From Escherichia phage teqsoen: a stretch of 64,000 nt of DNA. The stretch lies in sequence record MN895436.1; one strand, 5' to 3'. Made by a program: the position numbers and the translations under genes. How positions within the stretch are numbered: position 1 is the first letter of the stretch; each line of letters starts with the position of its first letter. Of this stretch, positions 1 through 9,639 are shown piece after piece. The notes beneath the pieces were generated by a model. The model ran no database searches. It saw only the letters and a program-made list of their open reading frames with translations, and had not been told where the DNA came from.

Positions 1-168
1 ATATTTGGCCCATGCCAAATACAAAGCATCAGATTTGATAAAACACCTAATGGTAACTTTAACGGATTAGCTATTGCTCCAAACCTCCCTAGTACATTTA
101 CTCTTGAGATTACTATGAGAGAAATTATCACGTTAAACCGTGCTTCTTTATATGCGGGGACTTTTTAA
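1..168 (+). CDS. 48: Baseplate protein gp48, C-terminal fragment (5' partial at window edge)
   Basis: Open frame from base 1 to TAA at 166-168 overlapping the gp54 ATG (TAATG); position upstream of gene 54 as in T4. Confidence 0.5.
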   Translation: MFGPCQIQSIRFDKTPNGNFNGLAIAPNLPSTFTLEITMREIITLNRASLYAGTF

Positions 169-1133
169 TGTATTCTTTAGAGGAATTTAATAATCAAGCA
201 ATAAACGCAGATTTCCAACGTAATAATATGTTTAGCTGCGTTTTTGCGACAACTCCATCAACTAAAAGCTCTTCGTTGATAAGTTCAATTAGCAACTTTT
301 CTTATAATAACTTGGGCCTAAATTCAGATTGGTTAGGATTGACTCAAGGTGATATTAATCAGGGAATTACCACGCTAATTACTGCTGGCACACAAAAACT
401 GATAAGAAAATCAGGGGTTAGTAAATATCTTATTGGCGCTATGAGTCAACGTACAGTTCAAAGTTTATTAGGCTCATTTACAGTTGGTACATATTTAATT
501 GACTTCTTTAACATGGCATATAACTCATCTGGATTGATGATATATTCTGTAAAAATGCCAGAGAATAGATTATCCTATGAAACTGACTGGAACTATAACT
601 CTCCTAATATTCGTATAACTGGAAGAGAATTAGACCCTTTGGTTATTTCATTTAGAATGGATTCAGAAGCTTGTAACTATCGTGCAATGCAAGACTGGGT
701 TAACGCTGTTCAAGACCCAGTAACTGGATTGCGTGCTTTACCGCAAGATGTCGAGGCAGATATTCAGGTTAATCTTCATTCTCGTAATGGATTGCCTCAT
801 ACTGCGGTGATGTTCACTGGATGCATTCCAATATCAGTGAGCGCTCCTGAGTTATCATATGATGGAGATAACCAAATAACTACATTTGACGTTACTTTTG
901 CGTATAGAGTGATGCAGGCTGGAGCAGTTGATAGGCAAGCTGCGCTTGAATGGCTTGAATCTGCTGCTATAAATGGTATTCAAAGCGTTCTCGGAAATAG
1001 TGGAGGTGTTACTGGACTATCTAATTCGCTTTCACGACTCAGTAGATTAGGGGGAACTGCAGGAAGCATTTCAAACATTAATACTATGACAGGAATTGTC
1101 AATTCGCAAAGTAAAATATTAGGAGCAATATAA
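168..1133 (+). CDS. 54: Baseplate tail-tube initiator gp54
   Basis: 321-aa ORF, ATG start; size and position (before alt) match T4 gp54. Confidence 0.8.
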   Translation: MYSLEEFNNQAINADFQRNNMFSCVFATTPSTKSSSLISSISNFSYNNLGLNSDWLGLTQGDINQGITTLITAGTQKLIRKSGVSKYLIGAMSQRTVQSLLGSFTVGTYLIDFFNMAYNSSGLMIYSVKMPENRLSYETDWNYNSPNIRITGRELDPLVISFRMDSEACNYRAMQDWVNAVQDPVTGLRALPQDVEADIQVNLHSRNGLPHTAVMFTGCIPISVSAPELSYDGDNQITTFDVTFAYRVMQAGAVDRQAALEWLESAAINGIQSVLGNSGGVTGLSNSLSRLSRLGGTAGSISNINTMTGIVNSQSKILGAI

Positions 1134-1137
1134 CAAT

Positions 1138-1167
1138 GGGGACCTTTCGGTCCCCATATTTTTATTT
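1138..1167. terminator. Hairpin GGGGACC-TTTC-GGTCCCC plus T-tract between convergent genes
   Basis: Perfect 7-bp stem with tetraloop followed by ATATTTTTATTT, directly after gp54 stop and after the minus-strand 96-aa ORF. Confidence 0.55.
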
Positions 1168-1452
1168 ACGGAATGAAATAAAAGCAGCAACTGAAGCAAC
1201 TAAACTGTCTTCAATATAAACCTCAATTTTTACCGGAGCTTCTGACTCAAATTTACCTGTTACTATACCCTGAAAAATACTTTCAGTCTGTTCTGGCTTT
1301 GAAAAATTTTCAGAAGGAAAAATTCCGAACTTTTTATCTGTTCCAAAAATTTTAATAAATTCATCGTAAACTGCTTCATTAAAAGCATTATCAGCAGGAA
1401 TAACGCCTTCAACTACAAGTTCTTGACCTAAAAAGCGCAAAGAAGATTTCAT
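1162..1452 (-). CDS. Hypothetical protein (96 aa)
   Basis: ATG start with GAGGAA Shine-Dalgarno; early promoter immediately upstream. Confidence 0.5.
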   Translation of the reverse strand: MKSSLRFLGQELVVEGVIPADNAFNEAVYDEFIKIFGTDKKFGIFPSENFSKPEQTESIFQGIVTGKFESEAPVKIEVYIEDSLVASVAAFISFRK

Positions 1453-1483
1453 TTTGTGTTCCTCATGTTATGCCAGTAAGACT

Positions 1484-1512
1484 ACTATAACACAACACGA
1501 GGGACTTGTAAA
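1484..1512 (-). promoter_or_regulatory. Early sigma70-type promoter (-35 TTTACA, 17 bp, -10 TATAGT)
   Basis: Minus-strand GTTTACA...TATAGT with 17-bp spacer; flanked by inverted repeat cctcatgtt/aacacgagg; near-identical copy at 16791-16819. Confidence 0.55.
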
Positions 1513-3570
1513 CTACATTTTGAACTTTTTAGACATTCCGTTGATGTTAACCAAAGAAGCCAAGATTTGAGAAACTTCGTTTTCCTCTTCTTTTGATTCT
1601 TCTACAAGGAATTGATTAAATCCAGCCATTGGACGAACTTCACCAGTTTCCATTAGATGGTCGCCATCATATACCGATTCCTCTAATTGTTCAGAAGGAG
1701 GAACGATTGTACCTTCTATTAGATACTTGTTATAAGCAGTTTCTTTCATAAAGTACGTGCTCACTTTATTAATCTTCAGTAAAATTCCACGCGGTAGAAT
1801 AACTTCAGCTTCTGATGGAAATCCTGATAAATGACCTGGAACGATAACTTTGATTCGCTCAGCTCCTTTAATTACCATACCCACGCTAGTTTCAGCATCT
1901 TCATTAGCATATGTAGAATGACTACCCATATGCATCAAATCTTCTGCATCAACGGAACCTTCTCCTTCGCCAGAAAATACTGCGCCGGAATCATCTAGAG
2001 CCATATAGTTTTTACCGTGCTCACCGAAAATATTTGGTTTAAGCGATGTGGATACGAAGTTCTTGAAATAGAACATTTTGTTTTCAATATTATGACGCAA
2101 AGTTTTAAAGGTAACTTCTTGTCCACGGTAAAGTGTAGTTCCTGGAGGAAGAACTGAACCTTTAGCGAATGCAGAATCCAACGTCTCGATGTGCTTAATA
2201 GCACGTTCCATATATTCTTCACGGGTAGAATCTGGTTTACCCAAAAGGAACGAGTTCATTTCAACATATGAATCAGCACAATAATCTTCAATTACGTCAG
2301 ATTCAGCCTGAGTTAATCCTTTTGGAGTTACTTCAGTACTTGCGTATTCATATGCCTGGGCAGCAGATTCATTAATCAATTTATAAATGCCATTCATGAC
2401 AAATTGAATAATAGCTACCTTTTCATCTGGTGTGGCTTTAGAACCTTTAACTAAATCATTAATAATTTTCTTAATAACATCAAAGCTATTAGAAATATTA
2501 ATGTCAGCAAGATCGCTTAAAATTTTATCGGTTTTATAATCAAAGAATTCTTTATTCTTTAAATATTCTTGAGAACCTTGATATGTTATATCGCTCTGCA
2601 GCTTGATAGATGGATCACGTAAACGTGCATGGGCCAATGCAATATGATTTCGGAAGCTTTCTAGTTCATAATCATTAGATTTAAAACGAGAAGCACTCCT
2701 CATACCACCGATAGCTCCTTTGCCGAAGTTTGAACCAATCTGAATAACGCCAGAGTTCATTGGTCCTTCTGCTTTATATACCGGAACTTTAGATTCAAAC
2801 TCTTGATATTTCTTAGCGGCGAAGCTATCACCCTGAAGTGAAGCATCGACAGTAGAATATTGAGCTTGTGCTGCTAATCGACGACTAATTTTAGTTTTCT
2901 GAATAACAGCTTGATCCGTGCGCTTATCATTTTCTAAAGCAATAGAAGCAGCAACAGCAACAGCTTTAGGAACAGCATTACCTGTTTTAACGTCTACATA
3001 AACATCACCAACCTTTGATTCAACTTTTGTGAATAACTCAGTTGAAATAGGAGGTACACCTGGAATGTCTTCTAAATTGGCATTTTTACGGTAAACCATA
3101 ATATATGCATATTTCTTATCATAGTCCCAGATTTCCTTTAAGAGAACATATCGACCTGCTCCTTTAGTACGTACTAAACGGTCAGCAATAACTTGCATTT
3201 GACGAGCTGCGCCATTTGTTTTACTCTTTAGTACGCGGAATAGGCATGCGTCGATTTTATACTGTTTCATTGTTTGAAGAGCAGTATCAAAAACGGCATT
3301 AATGACACCAATTGGATTTCCACCCAAGTTTTTAAGCTTAACTAATGATAGTTTCTCATTGACACCTATCATTACGATATGCATCATTTTATCGCCTGGC
3401 TTAACGTTTTTATTTGTATCACCACCAGAGGTGTATGTACAAAATCTAAATCCAGGAAGCACGCTTTCTTCGCCGGCTTGGATAGCAAAAATTTGTGGTA
3501 TTTTATGCTTAGGATTTAAGTTAACAACCGGCGCCGAAGCGCCGTCAAATAATTCTGTAATAAGTTCCAT
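1513..3570 (-). CDS. Alt-like mono-ADP-ribosyltransferase paralog (685 aa)
   Basis: N-terminus MELITELFD shared with neighbouring Alt; C-terminal ART motifs YRGQ, FVSTSL, EAEVILPRG (R-S-E triad). Confidence 0.8.
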   Translation of the reverse strand: MELITELFDGASAPVVNLNPKHKIPQIFAIQAGEESVLPGFRFCTYTSGGDTNKNVKPGDKMMHIVMIGVNEKLSLVKLKNLGGNPIGVINAVFDTALQTMKQYKIDACLFRVLKSKTNGAARQMQVIADRLVRTKGAGRYVLLKEIWDYDKKYAYIMVYRKNANLEDIPGVPPISTELFTKVESKVGDVYVDVKTGNAVPKAVAVAASIALENDKRTDQAVIQKTKISRRLAAQAQYSTVDASLQGDSFAAKKYQEFESKVPVYKAEGPMNSGVIQIGSNFGKGAIGGMRSASRFKSNDYELESFRNHIALAHARLRDPSIKLQSDITYQGSQEYLKNKEFFDYKTDKILSDLADINISNSFDVIKKIINDLVKGSKATPDEKVAIIQFVMNGIYKLINESAAQAYEYASTEVTPKGLTQAESDVIEDYCADSYVEMNSFLLGKPDSTREEYMERAIKHIETLDSAFAKGSVLPPGTTLYRGQEVTFKTLRHNIENKMFYFKNFVSTSLKPNIFGEHGKNYMALDDSGAVFSGEGEGSVDAEDLMHMGSHSTYANEDAETSVGMVIKGAERIKVIVPGHLSGFPSEAEVILPRGILLKINKVSTYFMKETAYNKYLIEGTIVPPSEQLEESVYDGDHLMETGEVRPMAGFNQFLVEESKEEENEVSQILASLVNINGMSKKFKM

Positions 3571-3573
3571 GAT

Positions 3574-5664
3574 TTATCCTTGAACGAACTTGTAAGGCAT
3601 GTTTGTAATATCTATGCAAGACGCAATAATTCCAAGAGATGATTCTACTTTCTGTTTAACATTTGATGAAACAAATGATGCAAAGTCAACTCTATCTTCT
3701 ATATCACCTGTCATTGTAACCAATTCACCAGTTTCCATTAAATGGTCTCCGTCATAGATTACTGATTCGGTGAGTTCTTCTGTGGTCATAACTTCAGCTT
3801 GAATGAGTTTTGTATTATTAGATGTTGTTCCGTCATTATTAGAAGCATCAGTTATTTTATTAACTTTGACCATCAATCCGCGCGGTAGAATAACTTCAGC
3901 TTCTGTTGCTATTCCGAGACTTCCTGGATATACAACATTAACTTTATGCGCGCCGTCAATTGCCCATCCTATTTGAACTTTAACGTATTCAGGATTTTCT
4001 TTATACGCTCTTATTTCGTTTGGATTAATAGTTATTCCTTCTTCATTTTTATCAACTGTTAATTCATTACGAGCTTCTGGTTCTAAAAGACCAATACCAG
4101 CATGTGTAATTCCAAAACGCCCAAAAATGATAGGAGTTAAAGAAGTAGATACAAAATTTCTGAAATAGAACACTTTATTTTTAACTAGCGCTTCGTATAT
4201 AGGAGCAGTCATACTTTGAGCACGATAAACTGTAATGCCTTCCGGTATGCGGTCACCATTTTCAAAAGCTGAATCTAAATTATTTATAGCAGATTCAATT
4301 TCTTTTTCACTCATTACATCATATCGTTCTGGATTGTAACGACCTAAAAGAAGATTATTAATGTCTGTATATCCTGAACCACAATATTCTCTAATGCCGC
4401 GCTTTTGTGATGGAGTATATTTAGAACCATCACGGGCAATAGTAATATCAATCATTGGACCAGCACCAATTCCAGAAAAGCTATAAATCATTCGTTTGAG
4501 GAATTTAGTTTTTGCTGCATTCCAGGCATTTTTAGTTATTTCTTCCCAGACTTCATCTGGCTGCCCTTTACGAGTTTTATTATGTTTATCAAGCCAATTA
4601 TCTTTATATTCTTCAAAGAGTTGATTAACAGCTGCTGCGTATTTCTCTAAACATTTTATTGAAGTAGTTGGTTCATTTTTAATCGCATTAAGAATTACAT
4701 CTTTAATTTTTTCAGAAACTTCATTAACCTCACTTTTTGAAAAGAATTTATAGTCATAATGAAGTTCATCTGCAGTTCCTTCAGCAATAATTTTTGCTGC
4801 CTTAGTTTTAGAAGCTAATGAATTAATTCCAAGCTTCATTTCTTCTGCTTCGGGAATTAAAGGAGCGGTAGCAGGTTTATTGAAATTAGCTGCAGTAGAT
4901 TCATACTTCTGGAATAATTCACTTTCAAATCTAGAAGACTCTAACGATTGACTTTGCGCAATTGCTCTACGGGAAATTTTAACTTTAACGATTACAGCTT
5001 GATCAGAACGTTTATCATTTTCTTGCGCAATAGATGCTGCAATTGCCTCATTTTTAGTTACTTGGGCTCCAGTATCTTTATTGATATAAACATCACCGAC
5101 CTTCGATTCAACCTTAGTAAAGAGCTCGGTACTAATTTCCGGAACCCCTGGAATGTCTTCTAGTGATACATTTTTGCGATGTATAAGAATATATGCATAC
5201 TTTTTATCGTAATCCCAGAGTTCCTTAAGAAGGACGTATCTGCCACCTGAACGACTACGGATAAGTCTATCAGCAATAACTTGAATTTGTCGAGCTTGAC
5301 CAGCGGTTTTAGACTTAAGAATACGGAGCATACAGGCATCAATTTTATACTGACGCATTGTTTGCATTGCAACAGTAAAAACTGAATTGATATAATTAAT
5401 TGGGCTTGGACCAAGACCTTTCAATTTAGCAATTGAACCTTTAGCAGTTAATGTAAAAGGAACAATATGCATCATTTTATCGCCCATCTTTAAATCACGA
5501 TTAGTATCACCTCCAGATGTATAGGTACATAAACGAAAGCCTGGTTGTTCAATTGCATCATCAACGTGAACTGAAAAAATTTGCGGTATTTTCTTCTTTG
5601 GATTTAAGTTTGTAATCGGAAGAGTAGTATCTTCGTCAAATAATTCTGTAATGAGTTCCATCAT
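3574..5664 (-). CDS. alt: ADP-ribosyltransferase Alt (696 aa; packaged RNA polymerase-modifying enzyme)
   Basis: N-terminal MELITELFD with ITE prohead-protease-type site; ART motifs YRAQ, FVSTSL, EAEVILPRG; late promoter upstream; adjacent to gene 30 as in T4. Confidence 0.85.
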   Translation of the reverse strand: MMELITELFDEDTTLPITNLNPKKKIPQIFSVHVDDAIEQPGFRLCTYTSGGDTNRDLKMGDKMMHIVPFTLTAKGSIAKLKGLGPSPINYINSVFTVAMQTMRQYKIDACMLRILKSKTAGQARQIQVIADRLIRSRSGGRYVLLKELWDYDKKYAYILIHRKNVSLEDIPGVPEISTELFTKVESKVGDVYINKDTGAQVTKNEAIAASIAQENDKRSDQAVIVKVKISRRAIAQSQSLESSRFESELFQKYESTAANFNKPATAPLIPEAEEMKLGINSLASKTKAAKIIAEGTADELHYDYKFFSKSEVNEVSEKIKDVILNAIKNEPTTSIKCLEKYAAAVNQLFEEYKDNWLDKHNKTRKGQPDEVWEEITKNAWNAAKTKFLKRMIYSFSGIGAGPMIDITIARDGSKYTPSQKRGIREYCGSGYTDINNLLLGRYNPERYDVMSEKEIESAINNLDSAFENGDRIPEGITVYRAQSMTAPIYEALVKNKVFYFRNFVSTSLTPIIFGRFGITHAGIGLLEPEARNELTVDKNEEGITINPNEIRAYKENPEYVKVQIGWAIDGAHKVNVVYPGSLGIATEAEVILPRGLMVKVNKITDASNNDGTTSNNTKLIQAEVMTTEELTESVIYDGDHLMETGELVTMTGDIEDRVDFASFVSSNVKQKVESSLGIIASCIDITNMPYKFVQG

Positions 5665-5684
5665 ATCCTCTCTAGTGTTTATTC

Positions 5685-5692
5685 TATTTATA
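5685..5692 (-). promoter_or_regulatory. Late promoter TATAAATA upstream of alt
   Basis: Reverse complement of tatttata reads TATAAATA about 20 bp upstream of alt start. Confidence 0.5.
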
Positions 5693-5713
5693 AAATTAAA
5701 GGCCCGAAGGCCT

Positions 5714-5902
5714 TTAATAATCTATAGGTAAGAGAGTACGATATATTTCAAACTTTGGACCTTTTTCATAAGCATCAAAAGTTTCTGTGAATTTATTATA
5801 AGCATATGCATCTATAAATTCAATCATGATTTGTGATACAGAAGTAGAAACATCTCCACCTTCTTTTTGAGCCACGACAATTGTTTCTAAGTAAGCTTTC
5901 AT
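5714..5902 (-). CDS. Hypothetical protein (62 aa)
   Basis: ORF between ligase and alt; stop overlaps no gene, start overlaps ligase stop region. Confidence 0.45.
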   Translation of the reverse strand: MKAYLETIVVAQKEGGDVSTSVSQIMIEFIDAYAYNKFTETFDAYEKGPKFEIYRTLLPIDY

Positions 5903-7362
5903 AAACCAGTTACCTCATGAAAATCACCAAATACATCCTCGAATGTATTAGCTTTAGTTTTATCTTCACGCAAACGAATCGCAATTGGAAGAAATAATTT
6001 AACGTAATCAGTGCGGCCATCGGATTTTAACCAACCGTTGCATTCGCACTCTAGAATTTTTCCAATATAATAATTTTGGTTTTCCATAATGCGAGTACGG
6101 TCAAGTTCATGTGATTTTACGCCGGCTTTATCTTTTAAGCCTGAACCGGCATTTACCTTAATTTTTCCACACTCTGACTCAAGAATAAATCCACCTGCTT
6201 TAGTAGGGTCTTTACGGTGAGGATAAATTCCTACAATTTTTAAATCAACATCAATTACTTCTTTAAATTTATAGAGATTTTTTGAACGAGCATTTTCCCA
6301 TAATCCATCGATATTTTTGAGAATAATACCTTCAAGACCTTGGTCAATATACTTTTTATAAATTACCTTAGCTTCATCTAGGTTATTTACTACTTGGTTT
6401 TCAATTAAAATTACTTTATCATAGCCTGATGTCATTTGTTCTAATTTAGAAAAACGTACATCATATTTTAAACGAAATGCTGGAAGACCGTATATTTCTA
6501 CCAACGGAACATAATCCCAGACCTGAAACTTCATGCATTGAGCTTCTTTTTCTGAAATAGTTCCCTTTAAAGATTTATTAGCGATTCCATTAGAAGTAGT
6601 ACGTGATTCAGCTACTTCAGCAAACTCTTTAGCTTTACTAATTTCAGGATAAGCATCAAAAAGAAAATCTAGGCCTTCTGGCTCCTTTTTAACTTGCTCA
6701 TGGTATACCAATTCGCCATCAATTAACACACCTCCTGGATGAATCTGGCGGGCTTCAGCGGTCATTTTGATTAACTCTTCCTTAAGAAGATCTAATCCTA
6801 GATATTCATTACCAGCTCGTGATAAAAGACGGACATCATCTAATTCATCACCTCTAACTTCAGCAAAACACCGAGCTCCATCTGCTTTTAATTGTGCAAA
6901 GGCTGGAAATTTGATATTCTTACTAATGCCTTTTTCATCATAAGAACTTGCGAGCATTTGAGGTTGTTCAGGAATTAAACCTGGCCAAACTTTGTTTGCA
7001 ATAGATACTGAAGCACCGCATTCAAGGTCTCGCATCATCACTCGACGCAAAACTTCAACATCATCTTTTTTACCATCGGTGATATATCCAGATAATTCCT
7101 CAATTGCCGCATTTCCGGTCAATTTCCGAGTAGCTAACGTGAATTCAATGAAGTCAAGCATATCGGTAAGAGTCAACATTCCAAAACTCTGGGTAGCAAT
7201 ACCAGATTTAGGCCATTTCTTGATATAATACTGCAACCCACGAGAATAAGTCAGACGATATACTCGTTTAAGCAATTCATTATCTTTATTCTTTTCAAGA
7301 ATTGCTTGCTTCTGCTTAGTTGAACCAATAGATGCTATTTCGTTTAGAATTTTAAGAATCAT
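5899..7362 (-). CDS. 30: ATP-dependent DNA ligase gp30
   Basis: 487 aa; N-terminus MILKILNEIASIGSTKQKQAILEKNKDNELLKRVYRL recalled as T4 DNA ligase; adenylation motif KADGAR. Confidence 0.97.
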   Translation of the reverse strand: MILKILNEIASIGSTKQKQAILEKNKDNELLKRVYRLTYSRGLQYYIKKWPKSGIATQSFGMLTLTDMLDFIEFTLATRKLTGNAAIEELSGYITDGKKDDVEVLRRVMMRDLECGASVSIANKVWPGLIPEQPQMLASSYDEKGISKNIKFPAFAQLKADGARCFAEVRGDELDDVRLLSRAGNEYLGLDLLKEELIKMTAEARQIHPGGVLIDGELVYHEQVKKEPEGLDFLFDAYPEISKAKEFAEVAESRTTSNGIANKSLKGTISEKEAQCMKFQVWDYVPLVEIYGLPAFRLKYDVRFSKLEQMTSGYDKVILIENQVVNNLDEAKVIYKKYIDQGLEGIILKNIDGLWENARSKNLYKFKEVIDVDLKIVGIYPHRKDPTKAGGFILESECGKIKVNAGSGLKDKAGVKSHELDRTRIMENQNYYIGKILECECNGWLKSDGRTDYVKLFLPIAIRLREDKTKANTFEDVFGDFHEVTGL

Positions 7363-7628
7363 TGTTCATCCTTTAGAGTTTGGTTTACAGCTCTATTATA
7401 AATCAATTCATCATTAAGCTCAGTCAAAGACCTATGGTACGTGGTTCTAACTTTATTTCCTTGCATCCAGTGTTTGACGTAAATGAAACCTTGCTCTACA
7501 CATTTTTTAAAAATTCGTTCGTCTTTTTGAGCTCGGAATTCTGGATTGCATCTAAAAAATTGATTTACGTGACCGTAATCACGTGTAGTATTACCTTCAT
7601 TTTCATAAATAGTGTGAACAACAAACAT
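7359..7628 (-). CDS. Hypothetical protein (89 aa; 30.1 position)
   Basis: ORF overlapping ligase start by 4 nt. Confidence 0.5.
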   Translation of the reverse strand: MFVVHTIYENEGNTTRDYGHVNQFFRCNPEFRAQKDERIFKKCVEQGFIYVKHWMQGNKVRTTYHRSLTELNDELIYNRAVNQTLKDEQ

Positions 7629-8464
7629 TAGAATGCTCCTTGGAAAATATTATCACCACTAGTAGGTCTATTATACAAATACTCTATGCCACCAGGTTTA
7701 ATATAGTTCCATGTCTGAAACGGATGTGTCTGATATGGATGATATGGATTATAAGGATTAAATCCAGGAGTTCTCCAGGTAGTGTTCCAACGAAAAGAAT
7801 CATTTTTAATCATCTTTTCAATTACATCTTTTATAGCTTTTTCACTATCAAAACTTTCTTTATTTTCCTTTGGTGAAAAAAGCTTATTCTCTACATCGTT
7901 CCATGTATAAACTCGCTGAGCGGTTTTTGGAATACTGTCACGTTCCCCTCGAGCCATCCAATACACAGGAACACGTAATATTTCACTCGCATGATCGCAG
8001 TGGTGAGCGAGATCGTCAATATAACAAATTACGTTATATTTCTCTTTTGCCTTTTTGAACAACTCTTCTTTTGAAGAATCATGACCACACATCATTACTT
8101 CTGAGAAGGCACCAGGAAAAAGAGCATTCAAATTAAATTGACGATTCAGCAGAGCGTCAATAGAATCACCCAATGCTGTAACAGCTACAAAATTATAATC
8201 TTCTTTTAATTTGTTAATTACACACAGAGCATCTTTATATGGAGACAAGTAACGAATAAAATCTGATCGATTGTATTTTTCAATTAACTTGACGCCAAGT
8301 TCTTCATCACAATTAAAAAGTTTACCAGGAGAAATAAATTTTTCATCTTGGATCATTTTTAAAATATGTTCCAACGGAAGATTATATTTCTGAGCAAAAT
8401 AAGGAAGGCCTGATTGCCAGCTTAAACATACTCCATCAATATCAGTTAAAATAGTAGGCTTCAT
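7628..8464 (-). CDS. HAD-superfamily hydrolase-like protein (278 aa; 30.2 position)
   Basis: N-terminal ILTDIDGV (HAD motif I DxDGx); C-terminal aromatic/proline-rich tail NPYNPYHPYQTHPFQTWNY. Confidence 0.6.
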   Translation of the reverse strand: MKPTILTDIDGVCLSWQSGLPYFAQKYNLPLEHILKMIQDEKFISPGKLFNCDEELGVKLIEKYNRSDFIRYLSPYKDALCVINKLKEDYNFVAVTALGDSIDALLNRQFNLNALFPGAFSEVMMCGHDSSKEELFKKAKEKYNVICYIDDLAHHCDHASEILRVPVYWMARGERDSIPKTAQRVYTWNDVENKLFSPKENKESFDSEKAIKDVIEKMIKNDSFRWNTTWRTPGFNPYNPYHPYQTHPFQTWNYIKPGGIEYLYNRPTSGDNIFQGAF

Positions 8465-8925
8465 AGAGAGTCTCTTAATAGGTTTAACACATCAATAAAT
8501 TCAGCTTCGGTTAGTATTGTATCATCTTTTGTTAGACCACTAGCCATGCTGTGCTTCAAAACTTTTCCTTTCGAGGCTTGTAATGCATCACGAAAGCCCT
8601 TGTTTTGAATCGCTGCTTCAAAATATGCATTTGTGTATAATTCTTTCCACGCCGGGGAGTATCTTGAAAATGGAACTCCAAGCCAGAAGAGGGTCCCACG
8701 GTCCTGAGCTCTAGCATAAGACCTTCCAGCTTGTTGGGCGGCAAGCCCGGATAACCCAAATATACGACGTTGTTGTTCAACATTTTTCACCTTGCATCCT
8801 TGGAGGAATCCTTCAAGACCTCCAAATTGAATACCATCCATAACGAAAGGCCAATGGGCGAAATTACTTAATGCACATGATGGCCACCTAAAATTGCTTC
8901 TAATCTCTAACTCAGACATTTTCAA
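8461..8925 (-). CDS. NADAR/YbiA-like (DUF1768) protein (154 aa; 30.3 position)
   Basis: Motif LSNFAHWPFVMDGIQF resembles YbiA DFSNFAAWPIKVDG core of NADAR family. Confidence 0.55.
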   Translation of the reverse strand: MKMSELEIRSNFRWPSCALSNFAHWPFVMDGIQFGGLEGFLQGCKVKNVEQQRRIFGLSGLAAQQAGRSYARAQDRGTLFWLGVPFSRYSPAWKELYTNAYFEAAIQNKGFRDALQASKGKVLKHSMASGLTKDDTILTEAEFIDVLNLLRDSL

Positions 8926-9118
8926 TGCTTATAATTTCAACATCAGCCCAATGACCATAGCAAGGAAGACGAAATTCAACTGGCCAGTTAGGGTCCTTTT
9001 CTAATATAATAGACTCAACTCGTGGTTCTTCATGTTCATCAGTATATGGATTTTTATCTGTTACTTTATATGTGACCTTAATGTACTGAATTCCAAAAAT
9101 CTTATTAATTATATTCAT
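8912..9118 (-). CDS. Hypothetical protein (68 aa)
   Basis: ORF in operon-like array, overlapping neighbours. Confidence 0.45.
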   Translation of the reverse strand: MNIINKIFGIQYIKVTYKVTDKNPYTDEHEEPRVESIILEKDPNWPVEFRLPCYGHWADVEIISIENV

Positions 9119-9312
9119 ACTAATTCCTTTAATCCGTAAATAGGAGATAATTCATCACCCATGCGAAGGTCTTCATTTCCATCTACCCAGGAAACAATAT
9201 AAGCCTCTTTTATTTGAATACCACTCCATTTAAATGGAGGTAGAACCTTAGAAATTAATCCAGGTATACCAACTCCCTTTAATTCAACAGTTTGACCTAA
9301 AAAGAATTTCAT
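9115..9312 (-). CDS. Hypothetical protein (65 aa)
   Basis: ORF in array with 4-nt overlaps. Confidence 0.45.
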   Translation of the reverse strand: MKFFLGQTVELKGVGIPGLISKVLPPFKWSGIQIKEAYIVSWVDGNEDLRMGDELSPIYGLKELV

Positions 9313-9599
9313 TAGAATCTCATCTGAAAACCGTGCGATTTAACATTACCGCCACCAATATCAGAGATATTAATTTCGCGCGCAATTGAAGGGTCAATGT
9401 CAATTTCACGATTGAGTTTAGTGATAGCTAAAGTATCGCGCCCATTTACAGTACGAAACTCTAAAGGACAAACCACATCAACGTAATTTTTAATCGATTC
9501 ACTGGTAGGTTGCAAATGAGCAGGAAGGTCTTTAGGCGCCTTAGAGAAAACCACTTCACAAAAATTTTTGCGGGTATCAAAATAAGTAGTCATAAACAT
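9312..9599 (-). CDS. Hypothetical protein (95 aa from first ATG)
   Basis: Track ORF 9312-9656 trimmed to ATG at M20 preceded by GAGGAAAA Shine-Dalgarno; GC hairpin 9613-9630 lies upstream. Confidence 0.5.
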   Translation of the reverse strand: MFMTTYFDTRKNFCEVVFSKAPKDLPAHLQPTSESIKNYVDVVCPLEFRTVNGRDTLAITKLNREIDIDPSIAREINISDIGGGNVKSHGFQMRF

Positions 9600-9639
9600 A
9601 ATATTTTCCTCAGTAAGGGGCCGAAGCCCCCATTTTATT

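Noticed and set aside
1995-2222. Plus- or minus-strand ORFs of 60-160 aa nested inside larger genes (for example 1995-2222, 3302-3583, 4948-5414, 26462-26941, 55403-56078, 30957-31199)
   Set aside because: They lie wholly within and antisense to, or out of frame with, well-supported long genes, have low-complexity AT-rich translations and no start signals; treated as spurious.
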